A stretch of 64,000 nucleotides of DNA from Patescibacteria group bacterium (GTDB lineage: Bacteria; Patescibacteriota; Microgenomatia; UBA8517). The stretch is from contig JBHPHS010000001.1 of the NCBI GenBank assembly GCA_042571305.1, positions 2,781 through 66,780 on the forward strand. Direction: 5' to 3'. The notes under the pieces were generated by a model. The model was given only the letters and a program-made list of their open reading frames with translations. It searched no databases and was not told where the DNA came from. Positions within the stretch are counted from its first letter, which is position 1. Every line of letters starts with the position of its first letter. The position numbers and the translations under genes were made by a program. Of this stretch, positions 46,830 to 57,109 are shown piece by piece.

Positions 46830-49433
46830 ATGGATATAGGCAAAGTACAATCCACCGAAATAACCACCGAACTCTCAAAATCCTATCTGGATTATGCAAT
46901 GAGTGTCATTGTTGCTCGAGCACTTCCGGACGTTAGAGATGGACTTAAACCGGTTCACAGAAGAATCCTTTATGCCATGCATTTAATGGGACTTAAATCC
47001 ACCGGTACCTTTACCAAATCGGCAAAGGTGGTTGGTGAGGTTTTGGGTAAATATCATCCGCACGGGGACATGGCGGTATATGATGCCATGGTGAGAATGG
47101 CACAAGATTTTTCAATGAGATATCCACTGGTAAAAGGGCAGGGAAATTTTGGATCGGTTGACGGGGATCCTCCTGCCGCCATGAGATACAGTGAGGTCAA
47201 GCTTGCAGCAATCTCCAACCCCATACTTACGGATATCGAAAAGGATACAGTGGATTTTAATGAAAACTTTGATGCGACAATGAAAGAGCCGGTTTATTTA
47301 CCTGCACTTCTACCTAACCTTCTTCTAATGGGAACTGAGGGGATTGCTGTGGGAATGGCAACAAAGATACCTCCTCATAATTTAAAAGAGGTGGTTGATG
47401 CTGTTGTTGCAGTTATTCAAAAAGGTGCTGTTGTTTCCGAAAAACAAAAGGCACAAAAACAAACCGACTTCGTAATAAAAAAGATCTCACTGGTTGCCTC
47501 AGGCGAGAAAAAAAATCTTTCTCAAAAAGAGGTAAATCCAACCGCGGTTTCTTTTGAAAGTGAGATTACCGTTGATGAGCTTACCAACATCTTGCCTGCA
47601 CCAGATTTTCCAACAGGTGGAGCAATTTATGATGCCAATTCCTTAAAAGAGGTTTACGCAACAGGAAGGGGAAGAATTGTTGTTAGGGGAGTGGCAGAGA
47701 TTAAAGAAGGATCAAAAGGAAAAACACAAATTGTTATTTCCGAAATACCATACCAGGTAAACAAATCAGATCTGGTGGTAAAAATTGCAGGACTTGTAAA
47801 GGATAAAAAAATTGTCGGAGTGGGGGATTTGAGGGATGAGAGTGACAAAGACGGAATGAGGGTGGTGGTTGATCTAAAACGTGACGCAAAACCCAAAGCG
47901 GTACTAAACAACATCTTTAAACACACCCGTTTACAAACCACATTCCCGGCAAACTTTGTAGCACTTGTGGATGGTACCCCTTATACACTTAATCTTAAAC
48001 AAATCTTGGTTGAATACGTCAAGCACAGACAAAAGGTAGTAACCAGAAGAACTATCTTTGAGTTAACGGAGGCTAAAAAAAGAGCACACATTTTGGAGGG
48101 CTTAAAGATCGCACTTGATAATCTTGATGCGGTAATCAAAACCATCCGTGCTTCCCGTACACAGGAAGATGCCAAAAACAATTTAATTAAAAAGTTCGGC
48201 TTAACCGAAATTCAATCTACAGCAATTTTGGATATGCAGTTAAGGCGTTTGGCAGCTCTTGAGCGGGAGAAGATTGAAAAGGAGTATGAAGAGATAAAGA
48301 AGTTAATAGATAAATTAACCACAATATTAAATAATCCAAAAAAAGTGTTGGACATTATTGTCAAGGAAATTACCGATCTGAAAGAAAAGTTTGGTGACGT
48401 ACGACGTACAAAAATTTACAAAAATCCAATCGGTGAATTTTCTGAGGAAGACCTTGTCCCTAAAGAAGATGCTCTAATAATGATAACAAAAACAGGCTAT
48501 ATTAAGCGTTTACCGACAACAACTTATAGGGCCCAAAGAAGGGGTGGAAAAGGAGTAATCGGAATGAGCACCAAGGAAGAAGATGAAATAAAACACTTAA
48601 TAACGGTAACGACACATAACACCATTCTTTTTTTCACTGACAAAGGTCGTGTTTTTGGATCAAAAGCATGGGAAATTCCAGAATCTTCCCGTCAAGCTAG
48701 GGGGCAGGCTTTGGTTAATTTCTTAAACCTTGACCAGCAAGAAGAGATTAGGTCTGTAATTCCTCTTGAAACGGATGAAAATGCAAAAAACCTAATTCTT
48801 GCAACAAGGAAAGGACATATCAAAAAAACTAAACTCTCACAATTTAAAAACTTAAGAATATCAGGTCTTATTGCAATAAGACTTAAGGATAAAGATCAGC
48901 TTGTGTCAGCACAAATAACAAATGGGGAAGATCATATAATGCTTATTACCAAAAAAGGGAAGTCCATCAGGTTCCCAGAATCTGATGCAAGAGCAATGGG
49001 CAGAGCAACAAGCGGAGTTACCGGAATAAGACTTGAAGCAGATGATGAGGTTATTGCAATGGAAGTACTTGCTTCAAAACAATCCGCACCTAAAGACAAA
49101 AGGCGAAAGTTTTTCAGAGACATTCTTTCAATATCTGAAAAGGGGCTTGGAAAAAGAACACCGGTTCACCTATTCCCTGTACAAAAAAGAGCAGGTAAGG
49201 GTGTAAAGGAGGCGGCTGTTAATAAAAAGACTGGAGAGTTAAAAGTTGCCGTCATGGTTACCCAAAAGATTGATCAGCTGGTTATCACCTCAAAGTTCGG
49301 GCAAGTAATTAAGCTTCCTACTAAAAATATTCCCCAAATGGGAAGGGCCACCCAAGGGGTTATATTAATGAGATTTACCGACAAAACAGATTCTGTAGCA
49401 GCTGCCGCAGTACTTGAAAAAGGCAAAGAATAA
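46830..49433 (+). CDS. gyrA: DNA gyrase subunit A
   Basis: [23 protein letters not shown], GyrA box QRRGGKG. Confidence 0.97.
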   Translation: MDIGKVQSTEITTELSKSYLDYAMSVIVARALPDVRDGLKPVHRRILYAMHLMGLKSTGTFTKSAKVVGEVLGKYHPHGDMAVYDAMVRMAQDFSMRYPLVKGQGNFGSVDGDPPAAMRYSEVKLAAISNPILTDIEKDTVDFNENFDATMKEPVYLPALLPNLLLMGTEGIAVGMATKIPPHNLKEVVDAVVAVIQKGAVVSEKQKAQKQTDFVIKKISLVASGEKKNLSQKEVNPTAVSFESEITVDELTNILPAPDFPTGGAIYDANSLKEVYATGRGRIVVRGVAEIKEGSKGKTQIVISEIPYQVNKSDLVVKIAGLVKDKKIVGVGDLRDESDKDGMRVVVDLKRDAKPKAVLNNIFKHTRLQTTFPANFVALVDGTPYTLNLKQILVEYVKHRQKVVTRRTIFELTEAKKRAHILEGLKIALDNLDAVIKTIRASRTQEDAKNNLIKKFGLTEIQSTAILDMQLRRLAALEREKIEKEYEEIKKLIDKLTTILNNPKKVLDIIVKEITDLKEKFGDVRRTKIYKNPIGEFSEEDLVPKEDALIMITKTGYIKRLPTTTYRAQRRGGKGVIGMSTKEEDEIKHLITVTTHNTILFFTDKGRVFGSKAWEIPESSRQARGQALVNFLNLDQQEEIRSVIPLETDENAKNLILATRKGHIKKTKLSQFKNLRISGLIAIRLKDKDQLVSAQITNGEDHIMLITKKGKSIRFPESDARAMGRATSGVTGIRLEADDEVIAMEVLASKQSAPKDKRRKFFRDILSISEKGLGKRTPVHLFPVQKRAGKGVKEAAVNKKTGELKVAVMVTQKIDQLVITSKFGQVIKLPTKNIPQMGRATQGVILMRFTDKTDSVAAAAVLEKGKE

Positions 49434-49438
49434 AAAGG

Positions 49439-49945
49439 TTAGCTAGATAAATATTTCTGAAAGTCTTCAAAATAAGGGTAATTATGATCAGTTCTTGGTT
49501 TTTCAATGACTTTAATTTTCGAGGAAACTTTCTTTAAAAACTCCTTTAATTGATTGTATGAAACAAAAGGATCTTTGGTGTTTTGAAAGCAAATTATTTT
49601 TTCGGGGGAGAGGGTAGCATATGAGTTACTAAATGTTTTTAATCTTGCCTCGGAAACAGAAGGAATACCACAAAGAATAACCTTTTCAACATTTTCAGGA
49701 ATTTCTTTAACCAAATGTGCCCCAACTAAAGTTCCAACGGATTTGGCAATTATGTTTACCTTTTCACCTGAGGCAACAGAAACTAAGAGTCTAACCTTTT
49801 CTTTTAATTTAAATCCTGCTTTCGGATCTTCCCAATGATCCCAAAAGATGGGTCTAATTTGACCCTCAAGTTTAAGCTTAGCAGCTACCTCTTCAGCCCA
49901 TTCTTTATTATGTGCAGAATACCCAGGTAATATAAAAGTTATCAT
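49439..49945 (-). CDS. Small alpha/beta hydrolase
   Basis: LPGYS, IAKSVG nucleophile elbow, DP, DHNY. Confidence 0.75.
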   Translation of the reverse strand: MITFILPGYSAHNKEWAEEVAAKLKLEGQIRPIFWDHWEDPKAGFKLKEKVRLLVSVASGEKVNIIAKSVGTLVGAHLVKEIPENVEKVILCGIPSVSEARLKTFSNSYATLSPEKIICFQNTKDPFVSYNQLKEFLKKVSSKIKVIEKPRTDHNYPYFEDFQKYLSS

Positions 49946-49950
49946 TATTA

Positions 49951-50178
49951 TTAACTACCTTTCATTTTTCCTTCTGTTTTTCCAGACGCATGCAATTTAC
50001 CTTTTCCTTTCTTAAAAGATATAATTCTAAATATATTATGGTGCGGTTTCCCTTGATCAAGCAACTTTGAAACCTGTTTCCAATCACCTGGTTTTTTCAA
50101 AAACCTTCTTAGTGACTTCTTTATAAAATTTTTCTCTCTCAAATCACTATCAGAACTCTCACCACACCTCTCACGCAT
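49951..50178 (-). CDS. Small basic hypothetical protein
   Basis: 75 aa ORF, TG-n-TATAAT just before ATG. Confidence 0.4.
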   Translation of the reverse strand: MRERCGESSDSDLREKNFIKKSLRRFLKKPGDWKQVSKLLDQGKPHHNIFRIISFKKGKGKLHASGKTEGKMKGS

Positions 50179-50255
50179 AGCCTATTATAACAACAATATG
50201 AAGATGTTCAAAAATAATTGGTTAGGTAAAAAATATATCTTAATAAGAAATTATA

Positions 50256-50801
50256 TTAAATAGCGGTAGCACCAAGTTTACTCTCAATAGCCTTAATATC
50301 CGGTTTTTTTGCATTCTCATAGGTATCCAGTCCCTTTTCTATAGCTACAATCCTCGTTATGGTCCTACCTATTTTCCTGGAGGGTGCAATTCCACACTCT
50401 ACCAAAGCATCTGCAGCATCATTGTGATAATGCCATCTGAGAGAATCTAAGACTTCAACATTGTCTTTTTCCAACACTTTCTTTTGTTCTTTCAAGTGGC
50501 ATATATAAATACCAATGGCTTCTCTTGCGTTAGGAGGAAATTTTTCAGGACGATACTTGAATGACACCTCATTTATTATCGAAAAATCCAACAGTGCGAT
50601 CTTCGCAACTTCACTGCTTAGGAATTCTTTCTCCTTTTCTTTTTCGGTAACATCAGGTGTTAGTTTCTTGCCTTCGAAAAAGTCCTCAAAACCTTTTTTA
50701 TATTCACTGCTTTTGTAAAACCTGTCCATTAACTCCCAAGGATCATTAACCAAAATATTATCTACTTTCTTGGAACCCTCGTCTTTCACCGTATCTTCCA
50801 T
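50256..50801 (-). CDS. Hypothetical protein
   Basis: 181 aa ORF, helical composition. Confidence 0.65.
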   Translation of the reverse strand: MEDTVKDEGSKKVDNILVNDPWELMDRFYKSSEYKKGFEDFFEGKKLTPDVTEKEKEKEFLSSEVAKIALLDFSIINEVSFKYRPEKFPPNAREAIGIYICHLKEQKKVLEKDNVEVLDSLRWHYHNDAADALVECGIAPSRKIGRTITRIVAIEKGLDTYENAKKPDIKAIESKLGATAI

Positions 50802-50843
50802 TGATTAAGTATAACCTAACAGAATATATTTTATCACCTTCGC

Positions 50844-50867
50844 TTAGGGAGAGTTTCGTAGTAAAAT
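50844..50867 (+). promoter_or_regulatory. Degenerate LexA-like direct repeat next to the -10 of the nuclease gene
   Basis: TTAGG-GAGAGT-TTCGT (50844-50859), then TAAAAT (50862-50867). Confidence 0.35.
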
Positions 50868-50875
50868 TACAAGGT

Positions 50876-51562
50876 ATGTATAAACTAAGTCCTTCAGATT
50901 TTGCTTTCCTATATGAAGAGTGCAAGCTTTGTTACTACCTTAAAGTTAAACACGGAATATACCAACCTAGTATGCCTATGCCGGGTGTCTTTTCAGCAAT
51001 CAATACTCGGATTCAAGGAAATTTGGTTGGTAAAAATCTTCGTGAACTTTCATCTAAACTTCCTGATGGAGTAGTGGAGATTCAGGAAGGATGGGTTGAG
51101 TCAACACTTGTCCCCAAAACAAGTGTTTATATTAAAGGAAAATACGATTTATTGGTACGAAAACCTGATAAATCTTATATGCTTGTTGATTTAAAAATAA
51201 GCTCACCTGATATAAATAAGATCGACAAATACAAAACTCAACTTGCCGCTTATAAATTTGCACTAGGCAATCCCAAATACGGAAAGGGTAAGAAGATAAC
51301 CAAGATAGGTCTTTTAATATTTTATCCGGATAAAGTGCGATTTGAAAAAAACGAAGCACATCTTTCTTTCCCTCCAAAATGGCTTGAGGTGCCAGTTGAT
51401 GAAAAAGGATTTTTTGCCTTTGCTAAAAAAATAGACAAACTCTTAAGCGGTCCTGTCCCTGAAGAAAGTAAATCCTGTAAATGGTGTCAATACAGACATG
51501 TTGGCGATCAACTTGCACACCCAAATACTAAAGAAGAGGAGCAAATAGATTTGCCTTTTTAA
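50876..51562 (+). CDS. PD-(D/E)XK nuclease (RecB/Cas4-like)
   Basis: LSPS..CKLCY, GKYD, VDLK, QLAAY, CKWCQY; start moved to ATG 50876. Confidence 0.85.
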   Translation: MYKLSPSDFAFLYEECKLCYYLKVKHGIYQPSMPMPGVFSAINTRIQGNLVGKNLRELSSKLPDGVVEIQEGWVESTLVPKTSVYIKGKYDLLVRKPDKSYMLVDLKISSPDINKIDKYKTQLAAYKFALGNPKYGKGKKITKIGLLIFYPDKVRFEKNEAHLSFPPKWLEVPVDEKGFFAFAKKIDKLLSGPVPEESKSCKWCQYRHVGDQLAHPNTKEEEQIDLPF

Positions 51563-51753
51563 CAAAAATGTTTTATTTTTAGACTATGGCTATTGAAAAC
51601 TTTTACACCACACCTCCGATGTGCATTGATTTGACAGCTGAACAAGCTATTGAGCACCTTTATAATCTTGAAAACAATCCAGACGTCCAACAGGATCAAA
51701 CAACCAACAATGACGAAGGTGGAAGTGAAAGCAATAAAGGAGTCCCTCAGCAA
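51559..51753 (-). CDS. Small membrane protein
   Basis: One long hydrophobic segment; start uncertain. Confidence 0.35.
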   Translation of the reverse strand: MLRDSFIAFTSTFVIVGCLILLDVWIVFKIIKVLNSLFSCQINAHRRCGVKVFNSHSLKIKHFC

Positions 51754-51768
51754 GAATAGAAAACTAAA

Positions 51769-52299
51769 TCAAGAATACTTCCTATTAAGATTGTTTATAC
51801 TTGAACAAAGATCCGTAACGATTATTGTATCATCCATACCTAGTTTGGCATTTTTAGGAATAATATTAATACCAATTACTCCGAACAAATCCATTAAGTT
51901 ACCGCTTAACGTTCTTAATGCAATAAATAGTTCAAGATGATCAAATCTAAAATTCAGTTTGTCTAACCTCTCCCCGGAAACAAAAGGAGCCAATCCTTTT
52001 GTATTGCCGCAATTATCACAGATGCGTTTTTCTAAAAAAGGATTTACAGTCACTTCAAAACTTTGCTTAGAAAAAGGAAGTGAAAGGAACAACTTATTTT
52101 TTTCTAATTCTTCCGAAGCATAATTTGTGGTTTTAAAGTAAAGCGAAAGTCTGTCTTCAGAAACGCCACGGTATGTCTTTAACACAAATTCCTCTCCAAA
52201 TCTAAAAACCCGTGAGTCTTCCCCATAATCTAGAGCTTTATTCTCTTTACTTTCAAAGCACGGCCAAGCAATAGGCGTGGTTTGTTTTTCTTTTAACAC
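51769..52299 (-). CDS. Hypothetical protein with protein-kinase-like motifs
   Basis: YGEDSRVF, VLKTY, IIPKN, IVTDL in kinase-fold order. Confidence 0.5.
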   Translation of the reverse strand: MLKEKQTTPIAWPCFESKENKALDYGEDSRVFRFGEEFVLKTYRGVSEDRLSLYFKTTNYASEELEKNKLFLSLPFSKQSFEVTVNPFLEKRICDNCGNTKGLAPFVSGERLDKLNFRFDHLELFIALRTLSGNLMDLFGVIGINIIPKNAKLGMDDTIIVTDLCSSINNLNRKYS

Positions 52300-52357
52300 A
52301 GTCTATATATACTATGAAATGATAATCTACGAAAGAGGAATTCAAGAAATAGAAGAT

Positions 52358-53311
52358 CTACTTTCCTCCATGTCCATGGAAGGCTTTATGAATATCCCTT
52401 AATTGTCTGTTTGTTACATGGGTATAAATTTGTGTAGTTGATATGTTTTTATGTCCCAGCATTTCCTGAACACTTCTTATGTCAGCTCCTGCCATAAGTA
52501 AGTCTGTTGCAAAACTATGTCTTAATATATGGGGGGTAGCATCAACGGGAAGCTTTATCTTCTTAACATACTTTTTAATCATTCTTTGTACCGATCGGGG
52601 AGATAGGCGCATTTTTTCATCAGGTGTTGTCGGTTCAATTTTTCCTTTGTGTCGTATAAATACTGGCTTGAAATGATCGTTTCTTTCGTTGAAATATTTT
52701 GTCAACCAGTCAGCTGCTCTTTGCGAAAGAAAAACCACTCTTGCTTTTCCTCCCTTACCAACAACTCCAAATTCTCTTCTATCTAAATCCACCTTCTCTC
52801 TATCAAGTTTAACAAGCTCACTAACACGCAAACCTGTTGAAAAAAACATTTCTAGAATTGCTTTGTCACGTTTCCCTTGTATTGTTGAAAGAGATGGTGC
52901 ATTTAATAATCTATCCACCTGTTCACCACTTAAAAATTTTACCTGTCTTTCGGTTACTTTTGGCAAATCAATCTTATCAGGTGCCATAACTTTGTAATCA
53001 TTTTTAATAAGCCATTTAAGAAAACTTCTTAAGGCAATTGCATGATAACCTTGGGTGCGCCTTCCCAAAGTCCCTCCTTTACCGTCCGTAAGATTTGATA
53101 AATAAACCCTGTAAAGCCTGATAACCTCAGGGTTAATATCTTTTACGGTTTGTCTTATTCCAGAATCTGCCATCCAATTAATAAAGCGGTTTAAATAATG
53201 ACGGTAGTTTCTAATCGTTAGGGGAGAGGAGCCTCGCTCGACTTGAAGATAGTCTAAAAAATCATCAACCTTTTTGGAAATATCAGATTGATTTTGAGCA
53301 GTATCAGACAT
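52358..53311 (-). CDS. Xer-type tyrosine recombinase
   Basis: TGLRVSEL, GKGGK, HILRHSFAT, LGH..TTQIYTH; N-terminal SAM-like domain. Confidence 0.93.
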   Translation of the reverse strand: MSDTAQNQSDISKKVDDFLDYLQVERGSSPLTIRNYRHYLNRFINWMADSGIRQTVKDINPEVIRLYRVYLSNLTDGKGGTLGRRTQGYHAIALRSFLKWLIKNDYKVMAPDKIDLPKVTERQVKFLSGEQVDRLLNAPSLSTIQGKRDKAILEMFFSTGLRVSELVKLDREKVDLDRREFGVVGKGGKARVVFLSQRAADWLTKYFNERNDHFKPVFIRHKGKIEPTTPDEKMRLSPRSVQRMIKKYVKKIKLPVDATPHILRHSFATDLLMAGADIRSVQEMLGHKNISTTQIYTHVTNRQLRDIHKAFHGHGGK

Positions 53312-53320
53312 TACACAATC

Positions 53321-53349
53321 AGTTTATATTATAAGAAAGAGAGTGTCAA
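53321..53349 (-). promoter_or_regulatory. Promoter of xer (leaderless type)
   Basis: TTGACA-17-TAAACT, 9 nt before ATG. Confidence 0.7.
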
Positions 53350-53368
53350 TATTGTGCGACTTAATGGG

Positions 53369-54079
53369 TTAAACCACTATTGTCTCAGCAAGATGAAACC
53401 ACACCCTGTAAATTTTAGGAAGGGCTTTGTAGTATCCAACTGGCACAACAATGATTCTGTTTTTTTCTTTACAATCAACATTCCAGGGTTGAGGTACCAT
53501 AACAACATCACAATCTGTTTCGTCAACTATCCTTTCTGCGTGTTCAAGTGAATCTTCAAAATGGATATTAGATCCTATCTTTTTTATCTCGCTGATTTTA
53601 AAGTCAGCATTTATTCTGTCTTCATTTTGTTGTATATGAATTAAGCTTTTGTCAACCCAAGGCATTCTATTTTTATACCATTCAAAGGTAACCTTTCCTT
53701 TAGATGAAGGTCTTGATGTGATTCTGTGTACTTTAAGTCCTTTATCAAACCAGCGTTTGGAAAATCTTAAAACTCCGGCTTGCGGTGGTGCATGTAATAC
53801 AACTTCTGGGTCTGTCCAAATGTCTAATGTATAATCAACTGGATCTACAATCTGAGGATGGTCCTTAGTTAACATATCTGCAAGACTCCAATAATTTGTT
53901 AATTCGGAAACCTTGTGGTTTGAACCGAGCCGTTCATTTAACTTATTAATAACGCTTTTAGCTAAATCAACCTCAACACCATCAATGTCAGTACTTACAA
54001 CAGAATTTCTTAATATTTCATACAACCCTTCAATCTTTTTTTGAATATCTGTTTCATTGCTGTCTAACTCTGGCGACAT
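53369..54079 (-). CDS. HAD-superfamily 5'(3')-nucleotidase-like protein
   Basis: DIDGV, ITSR, K, FEDS, PWN motifs. Confidence 0.75.
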   Translation of the reverse strand: MSPELDSNETDIQKKIEGLYEILRNSVVSTDIDGVEVDLAKSVINKLNERLGSNHKVSELTNYWSLADMLTKDHPQIVDPVDYTLDIWTDPEVVLHAPPQAGVLRFSKRWFDKGLKVHRITSRPSSKGKVTFEWYKNRMPWVDKSLIHIQQNEDRINADFKISEIKKIGSNIHFEDSLEHAERIVDETDCDVVMVPQPWNVDCKEKNRIIVVPVGYYKALPKIYRVWFHLAETIVV

Positions 54080-54434
54080 TTTGAAATTCTACGATTATTT
54101 TCCCAGGTGTGCAAGAAGATGGCTTTTTTTGGATAAACACAAATACAAAACTTCACTAAATCGATTTTAAAGCCTTTGTTTTTTACAAGATGATTGGTTA
54201 GTCATTGAAACTATAATAAATATTATTAGAAATATAATTTTGCTGTTTTTTGAAAGATTTAGAAAAAATGGGGGAGTGGTGACAAATTGCATAAAATATT
54301 ATTTGGTATTTATTCGGTGTAGAAATATAAAGACATATTTTAAAAATGGAGTAATTAAATAAAAATAATTAGTTGTTATAAACAACCAGTTAAGCCGTAT
54401 GGGTGTAAGTAGATAAAAACCCTGCTCAACCCTG

Positions 54435-54484
54435 TTGAATTGTACTACGTCGTAAAAGTATTATTGTACGACAGTATAGTTCGA
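54435..54484. other. Candidate dif (chromosome dimer resolution) site
   Basis: GTCGTAAAA-GTATTA-TTGTACGAC inverted arms around a 6-bp spacer; imperfect outer arms; local GC skew flips here; xer about 1.1 kb away. Confidence 0.6.
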
Positions 54485-54665
54485 AGCACCTCTCCAATGG
54501 GGGTCTATGTTTTTAATACTCCTGTATACCACTTTATATAAGAGATTGTACCCTTACTTGGTTGCATCTAATTACTTATTAAGCACACTGCCACTCCGAG
54601 TGAAAGATATCCACATTGTGTTTCATCAACTATATCAATGTATATCAATTCTTCACGCATGGCTT

Positions 54666-54681
54666 TTCGGTATTCTTTCGG
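54666..54681 (+). promoter_or_regulatory. Perfect TTCGG-N6-TTCGG direct repeat
   Basis: TTCGG-TATTCT-TTCGG in non-coding DNA; same geometry as the dinB box. Confidence 0.35.
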
Positions 54682-54838
54682 AGAGATCTCTAACATACAT
54701 TTCGTGAAAACTACCTATAATATTCGTGAAAGAAAGTTGATAGCAAGATATACAGCTTTTTATTATAGGCTTTTTGTCCACCCTACTTCCCCACCTTATG
54801 CCTCATTAATTATTTTAATAATTTATTGTTATAAATAA

Positions 54839-55609
54839 CTATCCACCCCAATGGGTGGCCAAAAACATTCCAATAAATACAAACAACCCCACAATCAGGT
54901 ATTCCCTAACGGTTTGAGAAAAGAACCTTTCCTCCAGCCTTGCTTGACCTAAACCTAAAATTACATAAACAACAACTGTTAAAAACAATGAACCCACAAC
55001 AACCGTGACTGGCCAAAAGTATAAAGCAGTGGTCACCTCCCCCATTATTAAAGCAGCAACGGATGAGGTTATTAAAATATCTTTGTTAAATTCCTTCTCT
55101 AAAGTAACGCTCCAAAATCCTTGAACATATAAAGGTAGAGACAACAAGCTTACAAGACTCAGTGTTACAGGAAGTGAGGTTCTAAGTGATAAGATAGTGT
55201 CATATACAAGGAAGAAAGTTATTAAACTGAGTACAAAACCAACTCCCCTGGCAGCACGGAAAAGTGCTATCGTTCTTATCGCGGAAACGGTATAAATATT
55301 CATTGTCAAACAAAGAACATAAATTCCAACACCATAAAAAATCACCACAGGAAGTCTAGCAAAGATATTTGCAGGAAGTAAAAACCAAAAAATACCCACC
55401 CCTAAGGTAAATATAGTTGGAAGAATAAGTGCGAGAAGTGTCATGTTTAAACTCAAACCTTCCCAAAGCGACCAGGTAAATGTTACCAAAGTTGTCAGGC
55501 CCAAAAGCCCAATAGCCCAAAAGCGTAAACTGTTATCCAAAAATTGAATTCCTACAAATCCAAGAGAAAGTATTAAGGAAGTAATTAGAAAGCGTTTACG
55601 TTTCGACAT
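54839..55609 (-). CDS. Polytopic membrane protein (DUF5656-like)
   Basis: About 9 TM segments, NIYTVSAIRTIAL.RAA, YFWP, REY. Confidence 0.7.
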   Translation of the reverse strand: MSKRKRFLITSLILSLGFVGIQFLDNSLRFWAIGLLGLTTLVTFTWSLWEGLSLNMTLLALILPTIFTLGVGIFWFLLPANIFARLPVVIFYGVGIYVLCLTMNIYTVSAIRTIALFRAARGVGFVLSLITFFLVYDTILSLRTSLPVTLSLVSLLSLPLYVQGFWSVTLEKEFNKDILITSSVAALIMGEVTTALYFWPVTVVVGSLFLTVVVYVILGLGQARLEERFFSQTVREYLIVGLFVFIGMFLATHWGG

Positions 55610-55610
55610 A

Positions 55611-56345
55611 TTATGCCACCAAATCGTCAGGAATATCTACATTTGTAAACACATTTTGTACATCCTCATGTTCGTCTAAAGTGTCTAAAAACTCCAGGAT
55701 TTTAGTTGCATCTTTTCCTTCAGTTACCGCTTGCATATTCTTTGGTTTCATATAAAGCTCCATTGAGGTTACCTCAAATCCCTTTGACTCTAGTTTGTCT
55801 TTCATTTCCTTAAGTTTTCCCGGAGCAACATACGCCTCTACCGCATCAGTGGTTTCTTCAACATCCTCCACTCCCTCATCAATAAGCGTGAGCATTTGAT
55901 TTTGAACATCTTGCCTCTTTTTAACAACTAAAAGACCTTTACTTTCAAAATTAAAAGAAACAGATCCCGGTCCACCCAAGCTCCCCCCTACCCTTTCAAA
56001 CATACTTTTTATTTCTTGTGCGGTTCTATTTCTATTATCTGTTGCCGTCTCTACAATGACAGAAATTCCCTTAGGTCCATAACCTTCATAAGAAACGGCT
56101 TCCATTGCCGCTCCCTCACTTCCTTTTGAAAGGGCTCTTTCAATGTTACTTTTAGGCATGTTGGCGGCTTTGGCTTTCTCCATAATTATTCTTAATTTGT
56201 AATTGGAGTCAGGATCTTTGTTTCCCCCACCGGCTTTTACCGCAATAGAAATCTCCTTTGCAAGCCTTGAAAAGACTTTCCCTTTTGCAGCATCTTTTGC
56301 CTCCTTTGTTCTTTTTATTGTTGCGTAGTGGCTGTGCCCGCTCAT
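55611..56345 (-). CDS. yebC: YebC/PmpR family protein
   Basis: MSGHSH, YEGYGP.G, TDNRNRT, DVQNVFTN. Confidence 0.95.
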   Translation of the reverse strand: MSGHSHYATIKRTKEAKDAAKGKVFSRLAKEISIAVKAGGGNKDPDSNYKLRIIMEKAKAANMPKSNIERALSKGSEGAAMEAVSYEGYGPKGISVIVETATDNRNRTAQEIKSMFERVGGSLGGPGSVSFNFESKGLLVVKKRQDVQNQMLTLIDEGVEDVEETTDAVEAYVAPGKLKEMKDKLESKGFEVTSMELYMKPKNMQAVTEGKDATKILEFLDTLDEHEDVQNVFTNVDIPDDLVA

Positions 56346-56413
56346 AGCTAGGTTTATTATACTTCATCTTGACATCCTTTCCCACCCCTTTATACTCTTC
56401 TAGAAGAGAAATT

Positions 56414-57109
56414 ATGAATGAAGAACTTGCCCAAAAAGCGATAAAAGCAGCACTTACCTCCAACTGGAAAGAAGCAGTTAGTATAAACTCAAAGATTCTT
56501 TCTAAAAACAAAAAAGATATTGATTCTTTAAACCGAATAGCAAGGGCTTATGCAGAACTTGGAGACATTTCAAATGCTAAAAAGTATACCCAAAAAGTAT
56601 TAAGAATTGATCCCTTAAATAGAATTGCTGATAAAGCAAACGAAAAATGGAAAGCAATCAAAAAAGGTGCTTTTGAACCATCCGCCACCCCTCCTGCTGA
56701 ATCTTTCTTGGAAGAGTCTGGCAAAACAAAGATTGCTCCTCTAATTTATCCCGGGGATACACTGACATTGGCTAAACTTGACTCCGGGGATGAGGTAAAA
56801 ATAAATGCTCATGGACATAGGGTCTCGGTAATAAATAATGAAGGAAAATATATAGGCAGACTTCCTGATGATATCGCTGCAAGACTCAAAAAGCTTATTA
56901 AGATGGGAAATAAATACCAAATCCTTGTTAAATCAATTGAAAAAAGTGAGGTAAAGGTTTTTATTAGAGAAGTGATTCGGGGAAAAAGAGCCAAAGAAAT
57001 CCCTTCATTTTCTTCAGAAAAAATAAACTACGTTTCTTTTACCCCACCTGAGCTTGTACGAAAAAAAGAAGAGCATTTTGTTGTCAACTCCGAGGAAGAA
57101 GAAGGCTAA
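56414..57109 (+). CDS. TPR-repeat protein
   Basis: Helical TPR N-terminus; FLEESGKTK..YIGRLPDD C domain; TTGACA-16-TATACT upstream. Confidence 0.75.
   Translation: MNEELAQKAIKAALTSNWKEAVSINSKILSKNKKDIDSLNRIARAYAELGDISNAKKYTQKVLRIDPLNRIADKANEKWKAIKKGAFEPSATPPAESFLEESGKTKIAPLIYPGDTLTLAKLDSGDEVKINAHGHRVSVINNEGKYIGRLPDDIAARLKKLIKMGNKYQILVKSIEKSEVKVFIREVIRGKRAKEIPSFSSEKINYVSFTPPELVRKKEEHFVVNSEEEEG

Noticed and set aside
50876-54838. CRISPR-Cas (Cas4-like gene plus non-coding gap)
   Set aside because: No repeat-spacer array and no other cas genes.
54507-54838. Two overlapping 66-aa ORFs in the terminus gap
   Set aside because: Atypical composition, mutual overlap, no motifs; more likely non-coding.
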